From the IMG/VR virus record IMGVR_UViG_3300021093_000007: a stretch of DNA of 64,000 nt; one strand, given 5' to 3'. The translations under genes were made by a program, and so were the position numbers. The DNA comes from a virus. Shown piece by piece: positions 38,092 to 47,163 of the stretch (position 1 is its first letter; every line of letters starts with the position of its first letter). The notes beneath the pieces are model-generated. The model was not told where the DNA came from. It saw only the letters and a program-made list of their open reading frames with translations, and searched no databases.

Positions 38092-38437
38092 AGAACCTAC
38101 AAAATGGGAACTCTTCCTTGATGGATTCCATAACTTCTGGAACTGTCTGGATTGTTATAATGATGGTGATACTTGGGGTTATGATGAGTTCTGGGAAGGA
38201 CTATCTCTGGGATGGTATATGGAATACATCTATCCTTATGATGACCCATATAATATCACCATTTCCCCTGAGCGTAAGTTGAGAATTGACCAAAGACCAC
38301 CAGTAATTTATGTTTCAGAAGAGGCATATGATAGACTGGTAGAGGCAATCAATTCACCACCAGACCCAGAATCTGTAGAGAAACTTCGTAAACTGTTAGA
38401 ACGTAAAGCACCATGGGATGACGATTATGGCAATTGA
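38072..38437 (+). CDS. Hypothetical protein with DUF1778/TacA-like C-terminal segment
   Basis: VSEEAYDRLVEAINSPPDP...LRKLLERKAPW. Confidence 0.55.
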   Translation: MRVVRFEEPTKWELFLDGFHNFWNCLDCYNDGDTWGYDEFWEGLSLGWYMEYIYPYDDPYNITISPERKLRIDQRPPVIYVSEEAYDRLVEAINSPPDPESVEKLRKLLERKAPWDDDYGN

Positions 38438-38675
38438 TGTAAAAGAAGAACAAGACGGATCATTTACTATTTCATGGGATGAGAATGATCCAGAGGAGTC
38501 TATGTTTAACACATGGACAGAACAAGACTTTGTAGATGCTATTCTTGAGCATTGCAATAGGGTCTTGGGACAGTATGAAGAGTGTCCACCAGAGGCAGAG
38601 GATTCCCTGGATTTGGCAGTAGACTTACAGAGTCCTTCAGAAGACAACCATGAAACCCTACCCCCTGGGTCTTGA
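38427..38675 (+). CDS. Acidic hypothetical protein
   Basis: EEQDGSFTISWDENDP. Confidence 0.55.
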   Translation: MAIDVKEEQDGSFTISWDENDPEESMFNTWTEQDFVDAILEHCNRVLGQYEECPPEAEDSLDLAVDLQSPSEDNHETLPPGS

Positions 38676-38826
38676 CAATCCTTACGTTATCCGTGGTATC
38701 CATGGCAGCACACGTTGGGGATTGTATCATCGTGACACCTATCAGAAGATAGCAGAGTTTGCTTCTCAGACTCAAGCTTATGATGCTCGTCGTGCTATCC
38801 TAAAGGTTCAGGGGTATGATGCATGA
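38650..38826 (+). CDS. Small hypothetical protein
   Basis: 58-aa ORF read manually (MKPYPLGLDNPY). Confidence 0.5.
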   Translation: MKPYPLGLDNPYVIRGIHGSTRWGLYHRDTYQKIAEFASQTQAYDARRAILKVQGYDA

Positions 38827-38887
38827 AGGTATTCAAGTTCATGTTTTACGTTATTCTTGGAATGCTAGTTTACTCTCTTTTTAAAAA

Positions 38888-39079
38888 ATGAAAACTTCTA
38901 CTGCTCTTGGTGTTGCTTTTGGTGCTCTTGTTTTTGCCACTGCTATTCTATTATTTGAAGCGTGGTTAGTTGGGATGATTTTGTCTTGGTTTGGAGTAAC
39001 CTTGTCATTCTGGCAGAACTTTGTTATGATTGTACTTGCTAATATGATTTTCAAACCCTCTGGAGTTTCTTCTAAATGA
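38888..39079 (+). CDS. Small membrane protein
   Basis: Two hydrophobic segments. Confidence 0.6.
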   Translation: MKTSTALGVAFGALVFATAILLFEAWLVGMILSWFGVTLSFWQNFVMIVLANMIFKPSGVSSK

Positions 39080-39194
39080 TTACCACAATTATGGCAGGAT
39101 TTGCCTTTGGTTATTGTGTGATGGATATTATCCAAAACTATCGTGCTCGACGCACTATGGATGAACTGCTCAAATCTACTATCGAAGGTGACAA

Positions 39195-39602
39195 ATGAAC
39201 AAACAAAACGGATTTATTGACCCTGCAGTTGCTGCTATTGCTGTAGGTGTGGTAGTGATTGGTGGTCTCATCTTTATTGGTGGTCCCCAATACAATGTGT
39301 GGCAACAATCTCTTGCTGGTAAAGCAGAACTGCAAAAAGCAGAATATACCCGCCAGGTAGCAGTTCTGGAAGCACAAGCAAAAAAAGATAGTGCTCAACA
39401 ACTTGCTGATGCTGAAATCATTCGTGCCACTGGTGTTGCTAAGGCAAACCAAATCATCGGTGATTCGCTGAAAGATAACCGTGAGTATCTTCAGTATCTG
39501 TATATCACTGGTATCGAAGATGGTTCTAAGAATGGTAATGTAACCATCTATGTGCCCACTGAAGGTGGTATGCCTGTTCCTACTCTTCAGATGAACAAGT
39601 GA
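39195..39602 (+). CDS. Membrane-anchored SPFH/band-7 coiled-coil-like protein
   Basis: N-terminal TM, PQYNVWQQSLAGKAEL..AE..RA.GVA.AN.IIG.SL...YVPTEGGMP. Confidence 0.65.
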   Translation: MNKQNGFIDPAVAAIAVGVVVIGGLIFIGGPQYNVWQQSLAGKAELQKAEYTRQVAVLEAQAKKDSAQQLADAEIIRATGVAKANQIIGDSLKDNREYLQYLYITGIEDGSKNGNVTIYVPTEGGMPVPTLQMNK

Positions 39603-39656
39603 CACTTTGAAGACTGTCCACACCACCCCTTCTGGGGTGGTTTTTTGCTTTATACT
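39599..39656 (+). promoter_or_regulatory. 22-bp inverted-repeat promoter cassette containing a terminator
   Basis: GTGACAC-N8-CTGTCCA; CCACCCC-TTCT-GGGGTGG-T6; TATACT at 39651. Confidence 0.75.
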
Positions 39657-39682
39657 GACTTCAGTTCAAACAAACACCTCTC

Positions 39683-40144
39683 ATGACTGCTTCCACCTTT
39701 GACCAGTATGTTGCTGAGCAGGATGCCCGCAACACAATCCAACTCAATGTGACCAAGTGGACTTGGTTGTTGTGTGATGCTCTGCGTCAAAACTTTATTG
39801 ATTACAGTATTCGTGGTCATTACAAGTCTCTTCAACGTGGGGAAGATACTAACTATCACGAAGCATGTATTGTTGACTTGAAGAATGGTCATTGTGGTTA
39901 TGACTTTACTTTTGAGAGTGGTAAAAAATATCACAAAGTTATCATGAGCATTGACAATGGTGGCAAACTGCCCAACTCTCGTAGTGTGCATTGCTTCATT
40001 GACAAGAAGACTGGTGAAGTCTACAAGTCTGCATCTTGGAAGTCTCCTGCCAAAGGTGTTCGCTACGATCTGCGTATTCTCAATCAGCGTGAATGGTTAC
40101 TTGCCAACGCTGATTGGGCAGGTCATTATCTCTACGCTCGATGA
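39683..40144 (+). CDS. Conserved phage hypothetical protein
   Basis: GKKYHKV...SVHCFIDKKTGEVYKSASWKSPAKGVRYDL. Confidence 0.7.
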   Translation: MTASTFDQYVAEQDARNTIQLNVTKWTWLLCDALRQNFIDYSIRGHYKSLQRGEDTNYHEACIVDLKNGHCGYDFTFESGKKYHKVIMSIDNGGKLPNSRSVHCFIDKKTGEVYKSASWKSPAKGVRYDLRILNQREWLLANADWAGHYLYAR

Positions 40145-40316
40145 TCTATGCACTGATCATCCTAGCAGGATTTGCATGGGGAGGATTTGTCCTATTCTCC
40201 CCCTTCTTTAATTACCTTGATGAACAAAAACATGACAAAGACTGATAAACTTATCTTTGTGGGGTCATTCATTTGGTTCTTGCACTGGGGAACACGTCTT
40301 ACACAGGTGGTTTTTG

Positions 40317-40754
40317 ATGTTTTACTATGAAATCAATGGGTATGGTGCCCATAAAAAGCTTTGCGAGGACATTTTGATTTGGTTTATCACCAAATTCTAT
40401 CCTCGTCACAAGATTGATATTACTGTGAGTCATCGCGGTATGAAGAGAGAGGGTGCATATGGATATTGTGATATTATGGGTGGAGAACGCTATCCACGCA
40501 CCTTTTTGATTGAAATGCAGTCTAATATGAATAAAAGACTGTATGCATCAACTTTGCTGCATGAATTGATTCATGTAAAGCAGTGGATTGATGGAACAAT
40601 GAAACTCAATAAAGGGAAAAGGATTTATAAGGGAATTAATGTGGAGGAGTTGGATTATTCTGACCAACCACATGAGGTGGAAGCACATGAGAATGAGGAG
40701 AAGTATCTACTCACATTCATGTGTGATAGTGGTAGAGTGTGGACAGGTCTCTAG
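40317..40754 (+). CDS. Zincin-like metallopeptidase
   Basis: TLLHELIHVKQW (HExxH) and YSDQPHEVEA. Confidence 0.7.
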   Translation: MFYYEINGYGAHKKLCEDILIWFITKFYPRHKIDITVSHRGMKREGAYGYCDIMGGERYPRTFLIEMQSNMNKRLYASTLLHELIHVKQWIDGTMKLNKGKRIYKGINVEELDYSDQPHEVEAHENEEKYLLTFMCDSGRVWTGL

Positions 40755-40799
40755 CTGGCACACTACCACCCCACGTAGGGGTGGTTCTACCCCTATAAT
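40740..40799 (+). promoter_or_regulatory. 22-bp inverted-repeat promoter cassette
   Basis: TGGACAG-N8-CTGGCAC; ACCACCCC/GGGGTGGT hairpin; TATAAT at 40794. Confidence 0.75.
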
Positions 40800-40824
40800 G
40801 AGTATGTTCCAAACAGGTTCAACC

Positions 40825-41010
40825 ATGACTTCCATTCAAGACCACTTCAAACTCTACGCTTCTGGTCTGTGGGCATGTCCTAGGACTGGTATGCTGCTGA
40901 CTCTGGATCAGGCACCTCTCTGCTGGGAGGAGGTTGATGCCATGGAGCATGACTGCTTTGACTCTTACAATGAGTGGAGTGAGCACTGCTCCAATCTGTT
41001 TGCTGCTTGA
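40825..41010 (+). CDS. Small early hypothetical protein
   Basis: Start moved downstream of promoter. Confidence 0.55.
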   Translation: MTSIQDHFKLYASGLWACPRTGMLLTLDQAPLCWEEVDAMEHDCFDSYNEWSEHCSNLFAA

Positions 41011-41035
41011 CACACTGATTCTTTTCTTCTACAAT
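41007..41035 (+). promoter_or_regulatory. Sigma70-type early promoter
   Basis: TTGACA-N17-TACAAT. Confidence 0.7.
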
Positions 41036-41058
41036 TGAGGAGTTCTTTACTTACAACA

Positions 41059-41301
41059 ATGGCACAAAAGTATTTTTACATCGTTGATCACTATGTTCCC
41101 TTCCCCTCATCTGAGTATGGTGGACTGTGGAATGTAATTGCAGAGAGTGATGATGAATGTTTTGACCTCATCGCTGCTGAGGATGATGGTAATTTTTATG
41201 AGCATCACTACAGTAACCTGCGAGAAAACATTATGAATGCTCGTGTGTATGCCATCGCAGAAGATGTTGGTTCCTGTGTAGTGGAGCAATTTACCACATG
41301 A
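41059..41301 (+). CDS. Conserved cyanophage hypothetical protein
   Basis: YIVDHYVPFPSSEYGGLWNVIA. Confidence 0.65.
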   Translation: MAQKYFYIVDHYVPFPSSEYGGLWNVIAESDDECFDLIAAEDDGNFYEHHYSNLRENIMNARVYAIAEDVGSCVVEQFTT

Positions 41302-41412
41302 TCGCAATCAAAGACCCAGACTTTATCGCTGCTCAACAGCACAGGTTGACATATCTGGAATCCCAACTAGAATGCATCCTGAAGGAAATGACCCAAATTC
41401 AGGAGTTTTTAA

Positions 41413-41601
41413 ATGAGTATCAAGTCAGACCTGATGCATGAGAGATGCATCACTCACTGTGAGGAATTCTTCATGGATCGTGTAAGTCAACTTGTTGATA
41501 GTTACAATCTTGATGATGCAGATGCTCTTCACAGTGAATTTGTTGTTGATGGTGAGGAACCAGATGATTGGTTGTTTATCAATGATTTGACCGATGTATG
41601 A
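41413..41601 (+). CDS. Acidic hypothetical protein
   Basis: AGGAG SD. Confidence 0.55.
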   Translation: MSIKSDLMHERCITHCEEFFMDRVSQLVDSYNLDDADALHSEFVVDGEEPDDWLFINDLTDV

Positions 41602-41869
41602 ACCAGAAGTCAACGATTATGTTGAATGGACAAAGGGTGTAGAGGGATGGGTTTATTTTAAGGACAGAGAGTATATCACAATTGAGGTATCTGTCCGCCC
41701 CAAAGATCGCACCAATTATAAGGCATGTAGTCTTCATAGAAATGATAGACTACTTGTTTTATGTTATGTTGATCAATGGAAGGAACTTAAATACATTACA
41801 ACAAGAGAGTCCATTTATGAAGATTTGGAGACTTTGGGCAAAGGCGCTGGGGGAGAAAGCAACCAGTGA
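41594..41869 (+). CDS. Conserved cyanophage hypothetical protein
   Basis: MYEPEVNDYVEW..EGWVYFK..YITIE. Confidence 0.6.
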   Translation: MYEPEVNDYVEWTKGVEGWVYFKDREYITIEVSVRPKDRTNYKACSLHRNDRLLVLCYVDQWKELKYITTRESIYEDLETLGKGAGGESNQ

Positions 41870-42062
41870 TGACAAAGAATCAGACCACATTGCTTGTTTA
41901 CGCACTTTTATATTCATCACTTATCTCATTACTAATATTTGCATTGTCGCGGGGGTCATAAGACACTGGAACGACAAAACAGAGGTTTATGTTGAGATAA
42001 TGATGGAGGAACCAGTTGTGCCAAATATTTTAATTAAAAATCAAAGAGGAGAGTTTGAATGA
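41817..42062 (+). CDS. Small membrane protein
   Basis: WRLWAKALGEKA..D.ESD.IA..RT...IVAGVIRHW. Confidence 0.6.
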   Translation: MKIWRLWAKALGEKATSDDKESDHIACLRTFIFITYLITNICIVAGVIRHWNDKTEVYVEIMMEEPVVPNILIKNQRGEFE

Positions 42063-42847
42063 TAACTGCAGGATACCTAGATGTATTGGATCAACAAGGA
42101 ATTGATGCCACATTAGAACGAATTAATTTATTGGATGATTGGTGGATTCCAAGAGGAATTTACTGTGCAAACACTGGGTTCTCTCCTGATGATGAGAATC
42201 CAGTGGATTTCTATACTCTAGGTCCTGCAACATATATTGATTGTATGGTTAACACTCAGGTGTATACCATGATGACTATGCAGACAAATCCATTACTCAA
42301 AGACTATTTTGATTGGTTATATGATACTGTGATTTATCATTTGTATTATGAGATTGGTCCTTGTCGTCTAAATGAATCCTTAGCATACCCTGGATTTCAT
42401 ATATTTGGATGTAAACCTGGACAAGAACCAAAGCCAGCAACAAAAGAATATATGGAACGTCCAAGTGCAACTATTCATGTGGATCTTCAACAAGAGAGGC
42501 ATGGTACAGTATGGAATCAATATAATGAGGTAGACCTTGAGAATTGCCTGTCATTTACTCTTTGTTTAGAGGTTCCTAAAACTGGTGCTGGTCTCAACAC
42601 ATGGAATGAAGAATCTATTAAATGCTATGAGGCAAATGATGACTATGCAAAAGCAATCAAATCGCTTGAGTATGGTGCATATGGAACACCAACTGTGATT
42701 CCTTATATTCCTGGTAAAATGTTTTATTTTATTGGTCCATTACAACACCAGATCGCTCCTGCATATAATTTGGCATTAAATGATCGTAGGATCACACTAC
42801 AGGGTCATGGTGTCAAATGTGATGGGGTTTGGGAGATATATTTCTAA
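42059..42847 (+). CDS. 2OG-Fe(II) oxygenase-like protein
   Basis: PGFHIF..IHVD..SFTL.L..P..GAGL...HQIA..RITLQGHG. Confidence 0.65.
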   Translation: MITAGYLDVLDQQGIDATLERINLLDDWWIPRGIYCANTGFSPDDENPVDFYTLGPATYIDCMVNTQVYTMMTMQTNPLLKDYFDWLYDTVIYHLYYEIGPCRLNESLAYPGFHIFGCKPGQEPKPATKEYMERPSATIHVDLQQERHGTVWNQYNEVDLENCLSFTLCLEVPKTGAGLNTWNEESIKCYEANDDYAKAIKSLEYGAYGTPTVIPYIPGKMFYFIGPLQHQIAPAYNLALNDRRITLQGHGVKCDGVWEIYF

Positions 42848-42874
42848 ATAATAACACTGGATAATTTGCGCGAC

Positions 42875-44005
42875 ATGATTAAATTTCATCAAGATTTTGC
42901 TGCTACTGGAACTGGATTAGGATATCAAATATCTTCATATATGTTAATGCGTTCCATTGCAAATAGAACGGGGTATAGTTATACTATCAATACAAATGGA
43001 TTAAAAGCACTTAGAAATACATTTACCAATTTACAATTTAACAGCATTAAAGATGAACTTGATGCGGATTTAAAACCAATTGAGTTTTTGGATGATAACT
43101 CTTTTGAAGAAGTTGTTGCAATGGTGGAGGATAATTGTGAATTATATGGTTATCCCACTGTTAAGAGTATGGTTGATCCTGCTAATTTTGAATCTGTTAA
43201 AAAAGAACTGCACTTTAGACCAGAGATTGTTGAGAAGTGCCAAAAGTTTATGTCCCAATTTGATGGGCAAGAAGTAGTATCAATGCATCTACGTAGAGGT
43301 GACTTTGAAGATCTTCAATCTGGAATGTTTTTAATTGATGATGATTACTATAAAGAAGCATTAGAGTTGCTACCAAAAGATATTCCTGTTCTTATTTTTT
43401 GTAATGTAAAAGATTATATTTTAACTCATCCTATTCTAACTGCAAGTGATCCAGAGAGATTTACTTTTGTTCTTGATATATTCAATGATAATGAATTTAT
43501 TAATTGTGATGTAGGGCAAGAGTTGGATAGATTGGTTGATGCTTCTGGAGAGTGTAGATTTGATTATAAAGCAGCATTAGCTAAACACGCTTATGATAAT
43601 CTAATACCATCCACCCCGACTCAAGAGGAGTTAAATCAAGAGATGGTGAGACTTGCAAAAGAATTACATCCATTATATAAAAAGAAGATTGCAAATAATC
43701 TTTATAATTATTCATTTGAACTTTGTTTAATGTCAATGTGTGATTATCATATTATGGCAAATAGTTCATTTGGTATGTGGGGCGTTCAATTGTCAAATAC
43801 TAAGAAAGTAATATATCCTAAGTATTGGATGCAAGGTCATGATGAAGAGACAAGGAATGCTTTTGCAGAAATTGGTTTAGGTGCGATTAAAATAGATCTT
43901 GGTGGTTATGATCAAACCAGAGACCTTGCAGAATATATTATTGATAAACCACACTACATAGGATTAGAGAATCCAGATCAACGTTCATTTACAATTGTTA
44001 GTTAA
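42875..44005 (+). CDS. Alpha-1,2-fucosyltransferase-like glycosyltransferase (GT11)
   Basis: GLGYQ, SMHLRRGD, YYKEAL, LMSMCDYHIMANSSFGMWG; CTAAATA upstream. Confidence 0.8.
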   Translation: MIKFHQDFAATGTGLGYQISSYMLMRSIANRTGYSYTINTNGLKALRNTFTNLQFNSIKDELDADLKPIEFLDDNSFEEVVAMVEDNCELYGYPTVKSMVDPANFESVKKELHFRPEIVEKCQKFMSQFDGQEVVSMHLRRGDFEDLQSGMFLIDDDYYKEALELLPKDIPVLIFCNVKDYILTHPILTASDPERFTFVLDIFNDNEFINCDVGQELDRLVDASGECRFDYKAALAKHAYDNLIPSTPTQEELNQEMVRLAKELHPLYKKKIANNLYNYSFELCLMSMCDYHIMANSSFGMWGVQLSNTKKVIYPKYWMQGHDEETRNAFAEIGLGAIKIDLGGYDQTRDLAEYIIDKPHYIGLENPDQRSFTIVS

Positions 44006-44006
44006 G

Positions 44007-44210
44007 ATGTCAACCAGAGCAAAAAGATTAGAACAAGAGTATTTGAGAACCATGAATATTCTGCTCAAAACTACTCATGATAAAAAAGATAAAATTGGCA
44101 CAAAGGCATTGGCAGGATTTGTCAGAACGTTAATTGATGAATGTCCACAGATGAATCTTAAGACTGCTCAGGAAATGTTCAAAATAGCAGAAGAACTGGA
44201 GAATCTATAG
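44007..44210 (+). CDS. Hypothetical protein
   Basis: ORF track; start moved. Confidence 0.5.
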   Translation: MSTRAKRLEQEYLRTMNILLKTTHDKKDKIGTKALAGFVRTLIDECPQMNLKTAQEMFKIAEELENL

Positions 44211-44268
44211 TAGACAGCAAAACAAGTGGCACACAGGGGCACGGGGACGCCTCTGGTGAAGTTATAAT
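44211..44268 (+). promoter_or_regulatory. 22-bp inverted-repeat promoter cassette
   Basis: TAGACAG-N8-GTGGCAC; TATAAT at 44263. Confidence 0.7.
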
Positions 44269-44290
44269 GATTATGCGTTATTCACCAATC

Positions 44291-44599
44291 ATGTCAATCA
44301 TTGCTGGTCTCGCTTGTGGGATTGCCACTTTCTATGGTATAGGAGATGGATTTCATGGACAAATTACGGCAAATGGTGAGCGGTTTGATGCTTATCGTTG
44401 GACTGCAGCTCATCCTTATCTACCTATGGGTACACGCATACGGGTAACCAACCAAGATAATGGTAAACAGGTAATTGTAAGAGTAAATGATCGTGGACCT
44501 TATTCACATGCTGATTTGGATTTGAGTTACGCTGCATTCTCTCACATCGAATCTGCCAAAAAAGGCAATGCTACCGTTTGTTGGAGAGTTGTGGTATAA
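44291..44599 (+). CDS. rlpA: RlpA-like double-psi beta-barrel (lytic transglycosylase) protein
   Basis: ATFYG..FHG..TANGERFD..TAAHP.LP.GT..RVTN..VRVNDRGPY..LDLS. Confidence 0.85.
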   Translation: MSIIAGLACGIATFYGIGDGFHGQITANGERFDAYRWTAAHPYLPMGTRIRVTNQDNGKQVIVRVNDRGPYSHADLDLSYAAFSHIESAKKGNATVCWRVVV

Positions 44600-44799
44600 T
44601 GTACTCTGCACTATTCACTCTGTTACAGTTATGTGTAAATGAGATTTACATCTGTGAGAGAGATTATCCTAAACCAGCTCAGGTTTATTATGAACCAGAG
44701 AAGTCTTGTTATCGAGATGGTGTATTCTATCCCAGATGTAAAGACCTAGAAAACCCAGAAGTATTACACTATCACAACTTATTCAAAAAAGATTCATGA
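44599..44799 (+). CDS. Hypothetical protein
   Basis: TAATG-coupled ORF. Confidence 0.5.
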   Translation: MYSALFTLLQLCVNEIYICERDYPKPAQVYYEPEKSCYRDGVFYPRCKDLENPEVLHYHNLFKKDS

Positions 44800-45182
44800 T
44801 TAAGCAACTTCTTGCAATTTCTACCATTCTAATTGCTGCACCTGTATTTGCACAGACTGCACCACCAAAACCAAAAACTTATCGTCCATTTGCATATGAG
44901 AGTCCATGTGTATTGGAGGCAGGACTTCAAACCTATCATGATACATGTAAGGTAGTAGAAACTCGTGAGACTGGTGGTGCTCTTCGCACTCGTAACATCT
45001 TCTCTAATAAGTTTGGTCTGACTATCAAAGGTCGATTTGATAAAGAGAAGGGTTATATGACTTGGGATAGTCATAACAAATATGAATATAAGTGGCAGTA
45101 TAAGATTGGTGGTATTCAAGAATTTGGTGCATGGACATATGTAATGCCTGGATTCTTACTTCAAAATGTTTCTTGGGATTGA
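44796..45182 (+). CDS. Hypothetical protein with signal peptide
   Basis: MIKQLLAISTILIAAPVFA. Confidence 0.6.
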   Translation: MIKQLLAISTILIAAPVFAQTAPPKPKTYRPFAYESPCVLEAGLQTYHDTCKVVETRETGGALRTRNIFSNKFGLTIKGRFDKEKGYMTWDSHNKYEYKWQYKIGGIQEFGAWTYVMPGFLLQNVSWD

Positions 45183-45185
45183 ATT

Positions 45186-45410
45186 ATGATTATGAAGGAT
45201 TATGTGTTGTATCCAAGTTTTATCCTAACAGCGGTGCTTGGATTTATTACTGGTGGTGCATTTTATGCCCAATCGTCTTTTGACGATGCACTTAAACTAT
45301 GCAATCAAAAACCATTAGAGTGTAAGTTTAAGTATGATATTATCAATTATCATGAGACTGGCAAGGTTCCCTATACTGCATCAGTAGCAAAACCAAAACC
45401 TCAACCTTGA
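45186..45410 (+). CDS. Small membrane-anchored protein
   Basis: N-terminal hydrophobic segment. Confidence 0.55.
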   Translation: MIMKDYVLYPSFILTAVLGFITGGAFYAQSSFDDALKLCNQKPLECKFKYDIINYHETGKVPYTASVAKPKPQP

Positions 45411-45646
45411 GATTGACGTTCTAATCTATCTAATCTCTGTTGTTTTATCTGTGCCGCCTTCTCTTTGGCGGCATTTTGTCTATCTAATGCTTTTTGTTTA
45501 AATTCTGCTTCTCTGTCTGCACTTGATGTACTTGCTGCTTGTCTTCTTGCAGTCATTCTGTTTTTTGGTGCTGATTGGCGATCAAGAGTTTGCAAGTCTC
45601 TTCTTAGTTGGTTTAGATCTTCATTAAACTCTTGAAAGGTCTTCAT
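45401..45646 (-). CDS. Candidate internal head protein
   Basis: MKTFQEFNED N-terminus; minus-strand CTAAATA at 45668-45674. Confidence 0.6.
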   Translation of the reverse strand: MKTFQEFNEDLNQLRRDLQTLDRQSAPKNRMTARRQAASTSSADREAEFKQKALDRQNAAKEKAAQIKQQRLDRLERQSQG

Positions 45647-45653
45647 TGTATGC

Positions 45654-45682
45654 TTGACATTTTTGAATATTTAGATTATAGT
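45654..45682 (+). promoter_or_regulatory. Sigma70-type promoter with nested antisense late promoter
   Basis: TTGACA-N17-TATAGT; TATTTAG in the spacer. Confidence 0.65.
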
Positions 45683-45729
45683 TATGTCTGAGTTTAATAC
45701 ACTCACACATCACACACAGGAGTAACACA

Positions 45730-45927
45730 ATGACACCTTACGAACTTCGATTCCAAATCTTCCAACAAGCGAATGGTTTGGCACAAGATGAATACCATGC
45801 TAATTTTGCATTAGTTGAACAGTGGAACAAAGAACATTCAGTTAAAATGGATTATCCTCAGTTCCCCTCATATACTGACATCGAAAGTCTTGCAGATAAA
45901 ATCAACGCATTTGTAAGTTCTAAGTGA
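45730..45927 (+). CDS. Conserved phage hypothetical protein
   Basis: MTPYELRFQIFQQA...P.FPS...LADKINAFVS; AGGAG SD. Confidence 0.7.
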   Translation: MTPYELRFQIFQQANGLAQDEYHANFALVEQWNKEHSVKMDYPQFPSYTDIESLADKINAFVSSK

Positions 45928-45982
45928 CACTTCAATAGCTGGCACACTGGGCACTCTGGTTCGCTGGAGTGCCCTTTATACT
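45924..45982 (+). promoter_or_regulatory. 22-bp inverted-repeat promoter cassette
   Basis: GTGACAC-N8-CTGGCAC; GGGCACTC/GAGTGCCC hairpin; TATACT at 45977. Confidence 0.75.
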
Positions 45983-46006
45983 ATGAGGGTAGTCAACAAA
46001 CACTGC

Positions 46007-46456
46007 ATGTCCAACTCCGCTGCGATTGCCTTCTACGAGGACAATCTCACCTATGTCAAAGCATTTGGTCTGTCCAATCTTGACCGTGAGGATCGTCTTC
46101 TGTTCCGTCAGGGTAAAAAACTGATTGAAGATGCCATTCAGGCAGAACAGAAGCAGAATGAGCGTATTCCGTTCATTGAAGAGGAGATTCTTCCTGTTTT
46201 GCAGGAGTATCTGGCATCCTATGGTGAAGATGGTCAAATCAAAGTATTTGATCGTCATGTTGCTGCTGAAGGTATGCAACCGTTCCGTAAGAATCCGATT
46301 GCATCTGCAATGGGATTGCATGGTCAAATTGTCTTCCTTGACATGAAGAACAATACGATTGTAAAATCGTTTGACCGCACTGGTAAAACTCTTAAAGAGT
46401 TGCTCAAGAGTTACAATGACTCTATTGGTTACACCCGATTCAACATTGAGGACTGA
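46007..46456 (+). CDS. Hypothetical early protein
   Basis: ORF after promoter; start moved. Confidence 0.65.
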   Translation: MSNSAAIAFYEDNLTYVKAFGLSNLDREDRLLFRQGKKLIEDAIQAEQKQNERIPFIEEEILPVLQEYLASYGEDGQIKVFDRHVAAEGMQPFRKNPIASAMGLHGQIVFLDMKNNTIVKSFDRTGKTLKELLKSYNDSIGYTRFNIED

Positions 46457-46463
46457 ACTTACC

Positions 46464-46589
46464 ATGGATTACGATTACAACGAGTATCAACTGCGCTCTG
46501 TGCTGGACACTGACATGGAACTGGATTCACTCCTGGATGAGGAGTGGCCAATTGAAGAACTGCCACACGAACTCCTGCGTGAGTTCTGA
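46464..46589 (+). CDS. Small acidic protein
   Basis: GAGGA SD; MDYDYNEY. Confidence 0.5.
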   Translation: MDYDYNEYQLRSVLDTDMELDSLLDEEWPIEELPHELLREF

Positions 46590-46602
46590 GGCACTCTATA
46601 AT
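46545..46602 (+). promoter_or_regulatory. 22-bp inverted-repeat promoter cassette
   Basis: TGGCCAA-N8-CTGCCAC; GAACTC/GAGTTC hairpin; TATAAT at 46597. Confidence 0.7.
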
Positions 46603-46627
46603 TACAAGGTAATCAAGGGAACACCGT

Positions 46628-46819
46628 ATGGCACTCTCCTTCCAATCCAAAGCACATCACCTTGCTGCTCTGTATGATGCCTGTGCTCTGATTGTAGACA
46701 CCTACAAAGAGACTGATGTGTTCAAGGTCTACAGTGATGAAGGTCTTGAGGATCACATCGACTTTGCTGCCACTGCTCGTGAGGTGATGGGTCTGATTGC
46801 TGAAGGTGACATCAAGTGA
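46628..46819 (+). CDS. Small hypothetical protein
   Basis: ORF after promoter. Confidence 0.6.
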   Translation: MALSFQSKAHHLAALYDACALIVDTYKETDVFKVYSDEGLEDHIDFAATAREVMGLIAEGDIK

Positions 46820-47163
46820 GGTATCGTATTACGATTGAAACACTTGATGGTCAACGGTTTGTAGACTACGCTCGCTCACGCTGTAACTCTGATACACTGT
46901 GCGAGCGTATCTTCAATCAGACACCAAATGTTCGTCGCGTTGAGGTTAATCTTTGCGATGATGATTTTAACCCTGTTTATTGTTAATGATGACTAGCAAA
47001 CAAATCACCTACATCTTCCTTGCCGTCATTGGTATTCTGATGTGGAATGTATTTCTAATTCAACGTGACAACAAAATGTTTGACGGTTATAAGAATCGTC
47101 AGCAACAAATCTGTGAACAACTTAAAACCTTTCACCCTGACTGTCATATCGAATAAGTAAACT

